Source: an uncultured Thermoplasmatales archaeon
GTDB taxonomy: Archaea > Thermoplasmatota > E2 > DHVEG-1
NCBI GenBank assembly: GCA_964612945.1
Contig: CAZTFR010000005.1
Location: 1,716 to 65,715, forward strand
DNA length: 64,000 nt
Reading direction: 5' to 3'
This document shows, one piece after another, positions 45,352 through 55,355 of this stretch. Made by a program: the position numbers and the translations under genes. Every line of letters begins with the position of its first letter. Position 1 is the stretch's first letter. The notes beneath the pieces were generated by a model. The model was given only the letters and a program-made list of their open reading frames with translations, was not told the origin of the DNA and searched no databases.

Positions 45352-45910
45352 CGATCTCGGGGTAATTGTAGTCACCGGCATTCCGGGTGTCGGAAAAACA
45401 ACAGTGATGAAGCAGGCAGCTGAAGGAATGGATATTCAATTTGTGACATTCGGAACCGTTATGTTTGACATTGCAAAAGAAATGAACCTTGTCAAAGATC
45501 GAGACGATATGCGTAAGCTTACGCTTGTGCAACAAAAAGAGTTACAGATTAAATCTGCTGAACGCGTCAGTAACATGGGTTCTGTTATCTTAGATACTCA
45601 TTGCACGGTGAAAACTCCTAAGGGATATATGCCTGGTCTTCCAGAATGGGTGATCAAAAAGCTTGATCCAAGAGCAATCGTAGTTGTCGAAGCAGACCCT
45701 GAGGAGATTTATCAACGCCGACAGAATGATACCTCCCGAAATCGTGATCCTGACTCTACGGAAAAAATACATGAACATCAGATGATAAACCGCGCCGCAG
45801 CAATGTCATATGCAGCTCTATCTGGCGCAACCGTAAAAATTGTCTTCAACCACAATCATGCCATTGATCAAGCAGTAAAACAGGTCGAACCTGTTTTAAA
45901 AGAAGAGTAA
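45344..45910 (+). CDS. adkA: Archaeal-type adenylate kinase
   Basis: MNNDLGVIVVTGIPGVGKTT P-loop. The ATG overlaps the secY stop (ATGAATAA). The track ORF extends upstream into secY (45281). Confidence 0.85.
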   Translation: MNNDLGVIVVTGIPGVGKTTVMKQAAEGMDIQFVTFGTVMFDIAKEMNLVKDRDDMRKLTLVQQKELQIKSAERVSNMGSVILDTHCTVKTPKGYMPGLPEWVIKKLDPRAIVVVEADPEEIYQRRQNDTSRNRDPDSTEKIHEHQMINRAAAMSYAALSGATVKIVFNHNHAIDQAVKQVEPVLKEE

Positions 45911-45922
45911 AGGAAAATAGAT

Positions 45923-46600
45923 ATGAATCAAAAAGGGCAAGCAAGTCAACTGTTACTTCTTATGCTCGTGATGCTTATTGTCATCGTTGTCTTCGGAGAT
46001 CAAGGAATCCGATCGAGTATTGCAATCGGGCTCAACTCCGTCTTCTATCCGCTCATAGGATTTAACGGTCAATACCCCGTACTCACCATTATTCTTGCCG
46101 GCATCATTGTCGTCTTTCTTTCCTCGTTTTTTACCAATCTTTTCATGGACTGGACCGCTATGGGAAAAGCCCAAGAGGTCAGCCGAGCGTTTAACAAAGA
46201 ACTCAGCAAGGCCCGGCGAGAGGGAAACACGAATCAAGTGCAGAAACTGATGAAAAAACAAGGAGACATTATGAAGATGACCACTGAGTCACAGAGCGGC
46301 ATGATGAAACCCATGTTTTTTCTGTTTATTTTTATTGCACCGATTTTTATTTGGTTGCTATATTTCTTAGGGAACGTACAATATCAATTTTTCACGGTCC
46401 CCTGGGCAAGCAGAGTTTTTTTATTTTTTAGAGTACCTATCATTGGCAGCCTTATAACCATCTCAAGCTGGTTTTTATTATATCTCATATTTTCCATTGT
46501 AGTCGGCCAACTGATACGACAAGGGTTCAAATGGATCGGCTGGTCAGAATGGTGGAAAAACATGCGAAAAAATATTTTTCCCTCTGCTCGTTCACGGTAA
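45923..46600 (+). CDS. DUF106-family membrane protein (archaeal YidC/Oxa1/EMC3-like insertase homologue)
   Basis: Three-TM protein with a coiled-coil cytoplasmic loop. It occupies the conserved position between adk and cmk seen across archaea. Confidence 0.7.
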   Translation: MNQKGQASQLLLLMLVMLIVIVVFGDQGIRSSIAIGLNSVFYPLIGFNGQYPVLTIILAGIIVVFLSSFFTNLFMDWTAMGKAQEVSRAFNKELSKARREGNTNQVQKLMKKQGDIMKMTTESQSGMMKPMFFLFIFIAPIFIWLLYFLGNVQYQFFTVPWASRVFLFFRVPIIGSLITISSWFLLYLIFSIVVGQLIRQGFKWIGWSEWWKNMRKNIFPSARSR

Positions 46601-46601
46601 T

Positions 46602-47129
46602 ATGCATCCTATCACAATAAGCGGGCTTCCAGGTACCGGCACCACTACCATCGCTCAACTTTTAAAAAAAGAATTAAACCGTCCGTATGTCTACACTGGT
46701 GATCTATTTCGAACACTGGCAAAAAAACACAACATGAGTCTGGAGGAGTTTGGAATCTACAGCGAAACACATAGAGAAGTTGATGAGCAATTGGATAAAA
46801 AACAGCTTGAACTTCTTCAAACTGATGAAGTCATTTTAGAAGGGCGAATCGCGGGATGGATAGCCTATAAAAATAAGATTCCTGCCTTTAAAATTCTTCT
46901 CACCGCAGATCTCACAACGCGGGCACAGCGTCTTGTTAAACGAGAAGGTGGCTCAGTTGAACAACGAAAACAAGAAATTCTGGAACGGGAACGCAGTGAA
47001 AAAATGCGGTACAAACAATACTATGATATTGATCTTGAAGAACAATCTATTTACGATGTCGTCATCGATTCATCTGATAAACCTCCAGAGAAGATCGTGC
47101 AGATTATTCTGTCGCGTTTGAAAAACTAA
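46602..47129 (+). CDS. cmk: Cytidylate kinase (archaeal type)
   Basis: ITISGLPGTGTTTIAQLL P-loop. Length 175 aa. Confidence 0.85.
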   Translation: MHPITISGLPGTGTTTIAQLLKKELNRPYVYTGDLFRTLAKKHNMSLEEFGIYSETHREVDEQLDKKQLELLQTDEVILEGRIAGWIAYKNKIPAFKILLTADLTTRAQRLVKREGGSVEQRKQEILERERSEKMRYKQYYDIDLEEQSIYDVVIDSSDKPPEKIVQIILSRLKN

Positions 47130-47167
47130 TGCTTTTATAGCACATAGTAGCTCACCCCCTTAATAGA

Positions 47168-48169
47168 ATGCCTAAGAAAAAACCGCTCCTTCCTTCAGAT
47201 GTCGGGCGAAAACGGTTGATTAAAGTGTCTTCGAAAACCAACCCACATTATGGGAAGATACCAACTGAGAGGAGTATCGAAGAACTACTTGATTGTGGAA
47301 TGATTATCCTTGACAAACCCAGTGGGCCTACCTCTCATCAAGTTGTCTCCTGGGTTCGAGAGATATGTTCTCTTGAAAAGGCAGGGCATGGAGGAACACT
47401 TGACCCTCATGTTACGGGGGTACTTCCCCTTGGTTTGGGAACAGCAACACGAGCGTTATATGCTCTTTTGTTTGCAGGAAAGGAATATATTGCCGTAATG
47501 AAACTGCATAAAAAAATATCTGAAGAGAAAATAAGAAAGGTATGTGCAGATTTTGTAGGAGATATCGTTCAGCTGCCACCTGTTCGCTCGGCAGTAAAAC
47601 GGGTGCGAAGAAAGCGACATATATACTATCTTGAACTTCTTGAAATCAAAGATACAGAAGTTCTTTTTCTGGTGGGATGCGAAGCAGGAACATACATCAG
47701 AACGCTCTGTGTTGATATAGGAAAAAAACTAAAATGCGGAGCGCATCTTGCACAACTGAGAAGAACACGAGTAGGACACCTGCACGAAGAAAACGCGGTT
47801 CATTTACAGGATATAAAGGATGCTTACCTATTTTATAAAGAAGAACAAGAAGAGAAAGATATCAAAGCGGTGCTTCACCCCATGGAAATGCTGCTGCAAC
47901 ATCTTCCCGCCCTACTTATTCGTGATTCAGCAGTAGATGCGCTATGTCATGGTGCACAACTCGCCTTACCTGGATTGGTTGAGGTGGATACTGATATCAA
48001 AAAAAATGATACGGTAGCAGTATTTACCTTAAAAGGTGAAGGAGTTGCATTAGCTCGTGCATTGATGTCAACAGAAGAAATGGTGCAGAAAGATGCCGGT
48101 GTATGTGCGGATCTCCATCGTGTTCTGATGAAAAAAGGAACGTATCCGTCTTTTTGGAAAAAATCATAA
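47168..48169 (+). CDS. cbf5: H/ACA RNP pseudouridine synthase Cbf5 (TruB family) with a PUA domain
   Basis: ILDKPSGPTSHQVV...GHGGTLDPHVTGVLPLGLG carries the TruB catalytic Asp motif. C-terminal PUA-like region. Conserved cmk-cbf5 neighbourhood. Confidence 0.85.
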   Translation: MPKKKPLLPSDVGRKRLIKVSSKTNPHYGKIPTERSIEELLDCGMIILDKPSGPTSHQVVSWVREICSLEKAGHGGTLDPHVTGVLPLGLGTATRALYALLFAGKEYIAVMKLHKKISEEKIRKVCADFVGDIVQLPPVRSAVKRVRRKRHIYYLELLEIKDTEVLFLVGCEAGTYIRTLCVDIGKKLKCGAHLAQLRRTRVGHLHEENAVHLQDIKDAYLFYKEEQEEKDIKAVLHPMEMLLQHLPALLIRDSAVDALCHGAQLALPGLVEVDTDIKKNDTVAVFTLKGEGVALARALMSTEEMVQKDAGVCADLHRVLMKKGTYPSFWKKS

Positions 48170-48206
48170 AAAACAGCAGGATATACCACCCTCTTGATGT
48201 ATTCAT

Positions 48207-48292
48207 GCCGAGGTGGCCCAGCCCGGTACGGCGCGAGCCTGGAGAGCTCGTGGGGACTTGTCCCCTCGGGAGTTCAAATCTCCCCCTCGGCG
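48207..48292 (+). tRNA. tRNA-Ser (anticodon GGA)
   Basis: Acceptor GCCGAGG/CCUCGGC, anticodon stem CGAGC/GCUCG with loop CUGGAGA, long variable arm (UGGGGACUUGUCCCCUC), T-arm GGGAG-UUCAAAU-CUCCC, discriminator G73. CCA is not encoded. Length 86 nt. Confidence 0.85.
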
Positions 48293-48378
48293 TATTCTTT
48301 TTGTAAAAATCAAGAGATAGTACTTTATTGGAGGGGGCGATTAGCTTTTAAGATATAAGAGTGATACTTGTATGAAAC

Positions 48379-48834
48379 ATGAAAGTCTGTGTTGGTGGCA
48401 CATTTAATATCTTTCATAAAGGTCATAAAATACTTCTTGAAAAAGCACTTGTAAAAGCAGGTAAGACTGGCCGTGTCGATATTGGTGTAACAAAAGGAAA
48501 ACTTCTCGAAGGAAAAGAGTTTGTGAGACCTTACTCCAAGAGAGTGCAATCTCTTCAAACATTTATTGAAAAGAAAGAAGTCTCTATGAGAATTCGTATA
48601 ATCCCCATCGCTCATCCGTACGGTCTCGCCGTTGAGAAGTCGTATGATGCTATTGTGGTGTCTCCAGAGACTCGTGACACGGCAAATAAGATTAACTCAG
48701 AACGAATCAAAAGAGGAAAAAAAGCGTTAGATATCGTTGAGATTTCTTATGTCTTGGCTGAGGATGATAAACCTATTAGCTCCACTCGGATTCATCAAGG
48801 TATTATTGATAGTGAAGGACATCTTCTACGGTAA
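48379..48834 (+). CDS. Archaeal phosphopantetheine adenylyltransferase (cytidylyltransferase-like nucleotidyltransferase)
   Basis: VCVGGTFNIFHKGH carries the (H/T)xGH nucleotidyltransferase motif. C-terminal ISSTRI. Length 151 aa, typical of archaeal PPAT. Confidence 0.7.
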   Translation: MKVCVGGTFNIFHKGHKILLEKALVKAGKTGRVDIGVTKGKLLEGKEFVRPYSKRVQSLQTFIEKKEVSMRIRIIPIAHPYGLAVEKSYDAIVVSPETRDTANKINSERIKRGKKALDIVEISYVLAEDDKPISSTRIHQGIIDSEGHLLR

Positions 48835-48889
48835 AGTTTCTTTGATAAAGTAATATCTATAAATGTATGGTGAACTTGTTTTATGAGAG

Positions 48890-49789
48890 TCAGGGTGTTT
48901 CTATTTTTACAGGTATTTCTTTTTGTCGCTCTTTTAAGAGTTGTATACCTTTTTCGGTGATTTTAATTTCGTCCATGCTGATATGTCTGAGAATTTCATG
49001 TCGCAGGAGTCGCTGGACCATATGGCTAAACTCTGCTTCGGTCATTCGAAGAAGGAAGATCGCAGAGTCTACATCAAGATCGCGTGCGTACAGCATTTGG
49101 AGGAATTCGTATTGTTTATCTGTGAGCTGGAGTTCGTTCATCTTTTTTACATCTTTTCCGAAATCAGTGAGTGTTCGCACGTAGTATTCAATGATTTTAT
49201 TCAAATGAAGTTTGTCGAGTAGTCTGCCGTTTTTATCGTAGAGAAAACAGACATTGTTCCGATATTTAAATGATGCAACTGCATCCCAGGTATATTCAAG
49301 GATGTGGTCCTCAAGATCTTCTCGATAGTCGTCATCATCATGATTGAGCAGTGATTTTCTTCGCTCGAGTTGTTCGTGGAGGTGCCGCTGTTCAAGTTTG
49401 AGGAGTTCAATGTCGACTCCCCGGTTTTTGAGTTCGACGAGATCGTTTTCTCCCATGCGGTCTTTGAGTTCTTTGAGAAAGAAGAGACCGCTTTCTTCTT
49501 CGAGATCCATACAGAGAATTCGGATGATGGATTCGATTGCTTCGCCTATTTCTGATTTTGAAACTTTTTCTATATTTGTCTTGATAACGATAGCGTTTTT
49601 GGGGACTCCTTCAAAATAGGTCAGATCTTTTATCGTGACATGTGTGAGAAAGGAGTATTTTTCTTGAAGTGTTTGAATGATTGCGTCCATGAATGCGCAG
49701 GCGATTGTTTTGGAGGATCGTCTACCGGTGATGAGAATCAAGGTAAGGATAACGTGTTTGAAGAGATTGGCATTGGTTATTTTTTTCAT
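48890..49789 (-). CDS. Hypothetical protein with a C-terminal winged-helix-like segment
   Basis: 299-aa ORF. The C-terminal LTDKQYEFLQMLYARDLDVDSAIFLLRMTEAEFSHMVQRLLRHEIL resembles a MarR/wHTH segment. An acidic linker DDDDYREDLED is present. No enzyme motifs. Confidence 0.45.
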   Translation of the reverse strand: MKKITNANLFKHVILTLILITGRRSSKTIACAFMDAIIQTLQEKYSFLTHVTIKDLTYFEGVPKNAIVIKTNIEKVSKSEIGEAIESIIRILCMDLEEESGLFFLKELKDRMGENDLVELKNRGVDIELLKLEQRHLHEQLERRKSLLNHDDDDYREDLEDHILEYTWDAVASFKYRNNVCFLYDKNGRLLDKLHLNKIIEYYVRTLTDFGKDVKKMNELQLTDKQYEFLQMLYARDLDVDSAIFLLRMTEAEFSHMVQRLLRHEILRHISMDEIKITEKGIQLLKERQKEIPVKIETP

Positions 49790-50069
49790 GTTCCTCCATA
49801 GCCTTTTAGGAGCGTGAAGCGAGGGGTATGAATAGTATTAGTGTCGTAAGTATGTTTTGTTGTAGGTACAGGATGACGTTCAATGCTCCTTTTTTATAAT
49901 TATGTTATACTTTGCAATTTTTTATATATAAATATTATCCATTTGAATGTCAAAATGTAATACTATCATAAAAAAGACATATAAAAATATATATAAATTA
50001 GTGTAATAACAGAGCCGATCAACGTAGTACCCTTAAATAGCAGAACCATGTTTTCCCAAAAGCAATTCC

Positions 50070-50771
50070 ATGGAAGAAATTATCATCCCCCAGGCGAGTC
50101 TCTTTCTCGGCATCATCCCTGCTCTAATACTTCTTTATTTTACCCTTGACAAATTTGAAGGAACTTTTCAACATAAAATCGGATTTCTCATGTTTTTTAT
50201 CGGCATCGTCTTTGGATTCATCACTGCACTGGTACAATCTGCGTTTGAACTGTTTTTTATCGTCTATATTTTTCTTATCGTCATCGTCGGTCAACTTCTC
50301 AAAACAATTGTACTAAATCTCCCCAGATTTCATGAAAAGCCAGAAACTCTTATCTATGGTCTCACTCTGGGTCTAGGCTTTGGATCTACCTTTACCCCGT
50401 TTCTCCTTATCGCAGTCAGCACCTACATCTCCTCAAATCTTACCATACTTGTACTGATCGGCATTGCCTCGTTTGGTCAGATTTTCATCCATGGTGCAAG
50501 CGGTGCGTATATCGGATATGGCGTGTATAAAAATCATGTCTTTCGTAATCTCCTCTTCGCTATTCTCTTTGTTATTCCCTTCAATATCCTCACCGATCTT
50601 CTTATCATCTTATCAAATGAAGCAAACATTACAACACTTGTAGTTCTTGTCTGCATTCTGCTGCTCTACAGCATATTTATCTATGCATACTTTTTAAGAA
50701 AAATGCTAACCAGCCTCAAAACAACAGATGCAAAACGAAAACGAGCACTGAAAAATGTAAAAAATCAATAA
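50070..50771 (+). CDS. Polytopic membrane protein (hypothetical)
   Basis: 233 aa with about seven hydrophobic helices. An AT-rich promoter region lies upstream. Confidence 0.5.
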   Translation: MEEIIIPQASLFLGIIPALILLYFTLDKFEGTFQHKIGFLMFFIGIVFGFITALVQSAFELFFIVYIFLIVIVGQLLKTIVLNLPRFHEKPETLIYGLTLGLGFGSTFTPFLLIAVSTYISSNLTILVLIGIASFGQIFIHGASGAYIGYGVYKNHVFRNLLFAILFVIPFNILTDLLIILSNEANITTLVVLVCILLLYSIFIYAYFLRKMLTSLKTTDAKRKRALKNVKNQ

Positions 50772-50917
50772 ATACATAGAAGATCTACCTTTTTCTCACT
50801 CATTTACTATTTGGTTTTACAAATAAATAAGAAAAAACGATTTCTAATACGGCAACATTTCTTTTAAAAAAAACAAAAGATTCTCTTCTGTAGCAAACGT
50901 TAAATAGGTTCATAAAG

Positions 50918-51871
50918 ATGCATCTTATCATGAGTGGAGAGGATATTGATATTGGATATGTGATTAAAACATCATTCACCTCAGTTTTTCATGACCCCGG
51001 GTATATTCTTCTCTATGCTCTTCCAACGCTTGTCTTTTCGGTTTTTTTTGTGATACTATGGTATCTCTTTGGGTATAACATGATGAGTTTTACTGATCAA
51101 ACTCAAATGCAATCAATCATAAATGACAATATCATACTCGTTATAGGCTTAGGTCTCACATTTATTATTTTACTGATCGTTATTCATGTAAGTGTCATAG
51201 CAGCAGTAGTAAAAAAAGTGGATGCCCAACAGAAGGGGGGAAAGCTTGGCATCCGAGATGCATTACAGCAGGGATTTCAACTTGTTCCCCGCTTATTTGC
51301 TTCCATGATTCTTTTTTTCATTATTATCGCACTACCAATTATTGCACTTGTTGGCCTTATGATAGCAGGTACAATATCTGGTCTCTTCGCACTTATCTGT
51401 CTTTCAGCAGGGCTGTTAGTTATCCTTATTATTCCTCTGATTTATTTTTCCCTACGACTGAATTTGTTTAAACAATCATGTGTACTTGAAAATAAAGGCC
51501 CTCTTGATAGCTTGAAACATAGCTGGACGATAACCAAAGGAAATGTGCTGTATATCTTTGTAATATTGCTGATTATCGGAATTATCGGATTTGTTATTTT
51601 CCTACCGTTTATGCTGCTAAATATCTATTTTACGTTCAGTACTCTTTTCTCTGAAGGATTCATAACTTCAAATTCCTCCAGTTTTAACCAAACCGGTCTC
51701 GCTTTTCAAGGATTTTCTGCTATGTCATTTATCCCCTTAATAGGACAGATCATTGTCCAGCTTATTATAGCCCCAGTAACGGAAATCGCACTCACCCTGA
51801 TTTTCCTAAAGTTAACAAAAAAAACAGAAACATCTACCAAACCATTAGAAGTCAGCGAATGGCCAGAGTAG
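50918..51871 (+). CDS. Polytopic membrane protein (hypothetical)
   Basis: 317 aa with about six to seven TM helices. No recognisable motif. Confidence 0.5.
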   Translation: MHLIMSGEDIDIGYVIKTSFTSVFHDPGYILLYALPTLVFSVFFVILWYLFGYNMMSFTDQTQMQSIINDNIILVIGLGLTFIILLIVIHVSVIAAVVKKVDAQQKGGKLGIRDALQQGFQLVPRLFASMILFFIIIALPIIALVGLMIAGTISGLFALICLSAGLLVILIIPLIYFSLRLNLFKQSCVLENKGPLDSLKHSWTITKGNVLYIFVILLIIGIIGFVIFLPFMLLNIYFTFSTLFSEGFITSNSSSFNQTGLAFQGFSAMSFIPLIGQIIVQLIIAPVTEIALTLIFLKLTKKTETSTKPLEVSEWPE

Positions 51872-51877
51872 CCTCTT

Positions 51878-52447
51878 TTATTTACCCGTATCGAGAATCG
51901 TTCGGTTCTGTTTTCGAAAACACACTAATTCATCAAAAATGACTCCAATACTTACTCCAGTAATCCCACCCGCAAGAAGACCAGTGATAACTCGGACAAG
52001 ATTAGAGCTCTCCCAGAGACCAATAACCTGCCCAAATCCATCCACAGCAATGGGAGATAAACAGAGCAATAGAAACAGAAGAAATTTTTCATCTAAAGTA
52101 ACTCGATAAAACACAGTAAAACCAATGCCTATGACTACCCCAAGCCAGATCGCTGTACACCGACTGCAAAAAGGCATAGAATTTTCATTGAACATAAATG
52201 ATCGTTCGATTCGTTGATGACACATCACATCTCCGATCATATACACTTGACCCCAAGGGAATCCAAGATGAGAAAAATCATTTTCGTTATCTATTAAAAA
52301 AACAACCCCCGAACAATCGGTAAGTGTATTATTTGGTACGACAAATGGTGCCGCAAACAAAAGGACAACCCACAGTAAAAAAACAAGGAATATAAAAAAA
52401 AGAGGTGATCTAAAACACTTTCCCTTGCGTTCCATTCTCAAATTCAT
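51878..52447 (-). CDS. DUF2085-family membrane protein
   Basis: CHQRIERSF...CSRCTAIWLG matches the DUF2085 CHQRxxRSF...CxRCxG signature. The start may be the internal Met at 52435. Confidence 0.6.
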   Translation of the reverse strand: MNLRMERKGKCFRSPLFFIFLVFLLWVVLLFAAPFVVPNNTLTDCSGVVFLIDNENDFSHLGFPWGQVYMIGDVMCHQRIERSFMFNENSMPFCSRCTAIWLGVVIGIGFTVFYRVTLDEKFLLFLLLCLSPIAVDGFGQVIGLWESSNLVRVITGLLAGGITGVSIGVIFDELVCFRKQNRTILDTGK

Positions 52448-52988
52448 CCCGCGCAGAAATAATTAATCCTAATGCAATCAACGACAGAATAATACCAACA
52501 AACAGTCCAATAGAAAATACACCAAGAACGGCACATAACAAGGAAATACAAAAGAAACGTCTTTGAAATGAGGTGAGTGCACCAATAAAAGCGAAACAAG
52601 AGAACACAAGCAAGAACACGGCGACAAGCACATTATTGGTCACCGGACCGGGGAGATTGGAAATAAGTCCTTCAAGCTCCGGAAAAAGAATATGTTCACT
52701 TGACCAATAGACAACAGAAGTAAAAAGCCCTAAAATACCTACAGCAAGTAGAAAAAACGATGCAAACATCGGTTTGTTGCTATTATGTTTTAATGAGGAA
52801 AGAATCGTCTTCCGTGGCTCACCATGCTCCTCCCACCCACAGTCCTTTTTCTCCTCATCTTTACAGATCCGCTTGATCGTAAAGGTCTGTTTACACTTAG
52901 GACATGTCACGATATGAGTATCCTTACCCTCAGGGATATCTGCGACAAACTCCACAGAACACTTAGGACATATCGTTTTTCCTTTCAT
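52410..52988 (-). CDS. Membrane protein with an N-terminal double zinc-ribbon
   Basis: CPKCSVEF...CPKCKQTF zinc ribbon, followed by four hydrophobic helices. Length 192 aa. Confidence 0.5.
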   Translation of the reverse strand: MKGKTICPKCSVEFVADIPEGKDTHIVTCPKCKQTFTIKRICKDEEKKDCGWEEHGEPRKTILSSLKHNSNKPMFASFFLLAVGILGLFTSVVYWSSEHILFPELEGLISNLPGPVTNNVLVAVFLLVFSCFAFIGALTSFQRRFFCISLLCAVLGVFSIGLFVGIILSLIALGLIISARDEFENGTQGKVF

Positions 52989-53226
52989 AATCAGAAACCG
53001 GGATAGGTGTTCCTCGTTAAAGAATATTTCTGTCTTTTTAAAAAGTCACCCCCTCCATGATATAAATATCATGGCTTCCCCCTCAAGGGGGATAAAGCGC
53101 CTTTCGGCGTTTTAGGTTAAACAGTCCGGGCGATACATCCCAACGCTAAAGCATTGGGTTTTCTCGCTCGGTTTCCATAACAAAAAAAACTATCACACAA
53201 CGTACCATCGCCTCTTCTGACAGCAT

Positions 53227-53234
53227 CTTTAAAT
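53227..53234 (+). promoter_or_regulatory. TATA-box-like element (TTTAAATA) upstream of rpl40e
   Basis: Match to the archaeal TATA consensus about 42 nt upstream of the rpl40e ATG. Two stable hairpins lie further upstream (53079-53092 and 53096-53118). Confidence 0.3.
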
Positions 53235-53275
53235 AGCACCTGCATATTCCTCGTACACCAGAAAGGCGATAGCAC

Positions 53276-53425
53276 ATGGCACGCTTTCCAGAATCAGAAA
53301 AACGATTACTCATCAAAAAAATTTGCATGAAATGTGGCGCAAGCAATGCACCAAAAGCAGATCGGTGTAGACACTGCCGATCAAAAGAACTGCGCTTTAA
53401 AGCAAAGGAAGGACGAGGAACCTAA
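53276..53425 (+). CDS. rpl40e: 50S ribosomal protein L40e; missed by the ORF track (49 aa)
   Basis: [49 protein letters not shown] matches the L40e MARFPEAE...KKICxxCxARN...RCRKCG pattern, including the C4 zinc ribbon. Confidence 0.85.
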   Translation: MARFPESEKRLLIKKICMKCGASNAPKADRCRHCRSKELRFKAKEGRGT

Positions 53426-53506
53426 AGTAGGATACGATAAACTGGAAAAAACAGGTATCTTTTTAAAAACACATTCCATTTTTTAGTGTGAGCAGTTGGA
53501 GCATAT

Positions 53507-54925
53507 ATGCCTGAAACCAAAACAAAAAAAAGCGACGATTTCAACGAATGGTACAATGAAATCGTCGAGCTCGCTGATCTCTGCGATAAACGATACCCCA
53601 TCAAAGGCATGAATGTCTGGAAACCCTATGGCTGGACATTAATGACCAATGTCGATCGGCTTATCCGCACTCACATGAATCGCACTCACCATCAAGAAGT
53701 CTACTTCCCGCTTCTCATCCCAGAATCCTTTTTTAAAAAAGAAGAAGAACACATCGAAGGATTTGGAAGTGAAGTCTTTTGGATCACCCATGCTGGTGCA
53801 AACAAACTCGAGGAACGATGGCTTCTTAGACCAACATCTGAAACCGCGATGTATCCCATTTTTTCACTCTGGATTCGCGCGCATACCGATCTCCCCCTAA
53901 AGACCTTTCAAATCGTCAACACCTTTCGCTATGAGACCAAACAAACACGAGCCTTCATCCGAGTTCGAGAGATCCATTTTTTTGAAGCACACACCTGTCA
54001 CAAAGATGAAGAAGACGCAGAACGACAAATCAAGGAAGACAAAGAAATCGCTAACCAGTTTCTCAACCAACTCAGTCTCCCCTATCTTTTAAGCATTAGA
54101 CCAGACTGGGATAAATTCGCAGGAGCAGTGTATACGGTCAGCATTGATGTTCTCATGCCGTCTCTTCGCACCCTTCAGATTGGATCAATTCACCAATACC
54201 ATGAAAACTTCGCAAAACCCTATGAGATCACCTATGAAACCGAGCAAGGAACCCATAAACCAGTTCATCAAACCACCTATGGCATGAGCGAGCGGCTCTT
54301 GGGCGCAGTCGTTGGCGTTCATGGGGACAACAAAGGCCTTATTCTCCCGCCAGAAGTCGCACCCATACAAGTTGTGATCATCCCTATCATCTTCAAAGGA
54401 AAAGAAAAAGAGGTACTTTCGGCCTGTTCTATGCTTGAAGAGAGCCTACACAAACAGCAGATAAGAACGCATCTAGACAACCGAGATAGTACCCCCGGAA
54501 ACAAATATTACGAATGGGAGCTCAAAGGAGTGCCCTTGAGAGTAGAAATTGGACCGCGGGATATCAAAGAAAAGAAAATGGTTCTTGTCCGACGAGACAA
54601 GACAGAAAAAACAAGTATACCGCTTGATACTGCAGAAAAAGAAATTCAAAAAACACTCCAAGACATCAAAGAATCACTCTTTCAAAACGCACATACATTA
54701 CTCGAAAACAATATGCATCGGGTGAGCACCCTTCAAGAGGCGACCAGATTTTCAGGAATCATAGAACTCCCCTGGTGTGGCAATGAAAAATGTGCTCTTG
54801 AAATCGAAAACATTTTAGAGGGAAATACGATTGGGAAACCAGTAGATACGCAGGAGTGCCCGCACCCCTGCCCTATCTGCAACAAACCAGGAGTTACCTG
54901 GATGAGATACGCAAAATCATACTAA
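53507..54925 (+). CDS. proS: Prolyl-tRNA synthetase (archaeal/eukaryotic-type class II)
   Basis: FNEWYNEIVELADL...YPIKGMNVWKPYG N-terminus, class-II motifs, and a C-terminal zinc-binding CxxC...CxxC segment. Length 472 aa. Confidence 0.9.
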   Translation: MPETKTKKSDDFNEWYNEIVELADLCDKRYPIKGMNVWKPYGWTLMTNVDRLIRTHMNRTHHQEVYFPLLIPESFFKKEEEHIEGFGSEVFWITHAGANKLEERWLLRPTSETAMYPIFSLWIRAHTDLPLKTFQIVNTFRYETKQTRAFIRVREIHFFEAHTCHKDEEDAERQIKEDKEIANQFLNQLSLPYLLSIRPDWDKFAGAVYTVSIDVLMPSLRTLQIGSIHQYHENFAKPYEITYETEQGTHKPVHQTTYGMSERLLGAVVGVHGDNKGLILPPEVAPIQVVIIPIIFKGKEKEVLSACSMLEESLHKQQIRTHLDNRDSTPGNKYYEWELKGVPLRVEIGPRDIKEKKMVLVRRDKTEKTSIPLDTAEKEIQKTLQDIKESLFQNAHTLLENNMHRVSTLQEATRFSGIIELPWCGNEKCALEIENILEGNTIGKPVDTQECPHPCPICNKPGVTWMRYAKSY

Positions 54926-54945
54926 AAGGAGGGAAAAGAAACACA

Positions 54946-55320
54946 ATGGCAGGAAGAATTACCCGCATGCTACGAGAGTATATCATCATGTTTAGTATAC
55001 TTGTCTTAATTATCGGCGGGATACTTTTTATCATGGGATTTCTCTGGTTGTTCTTTGTGGATACAGTCAAAGATACCTTCATCAATGAACTGGGATATGC
55101 AAATATATATATGATAGTAGCAGGTCTAATCCTCATGGTCACCGGTGCCTATTACCTCTATAGTTTTTATCGAAAAAGAAAGTTTGTCCTTGAAGAAATC
55201 CAAACCAAAAAACGATCCGAATTTCTGAAAAAACATAAAGAACTCAAATCCACCGTGAAACATCTTCCCACAAAATACCAACAGATGGTCAAAGACAAAG
55301 AAGCAGAACTCAAAATATAA
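54946..55320 (+). CDS. Small two-TM membrane protein (hypothetical)
   Basis: ATG preceded by AAAGGAGGG about 10 nt upstream. Two hydrophobic helices and a basic C-terminal tail. The track ORF extends upstream into proS. Confidence 0.45.
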   Translation: MAGRITRMLREYIIMFSILVLIIGGILFIMGFLWLFFVDTVKDTFINELGYANIYMIVAGLILMVTGAYYLYSFYRKRKFVLEEIQTKKRSEFLKKHKELKSTVKHLPTKYQQMVKDKEAELKI

Positions 55321-55355
55321 AAAACATCTTCTCCTTTTCAAAAAGATGTCACACT

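Noticed and set aside
53146-53346. 66-aa minus-strand ORF with a TTG start
   Set aside because: It is antisense to the clearly conserved rpl40e reading frame.
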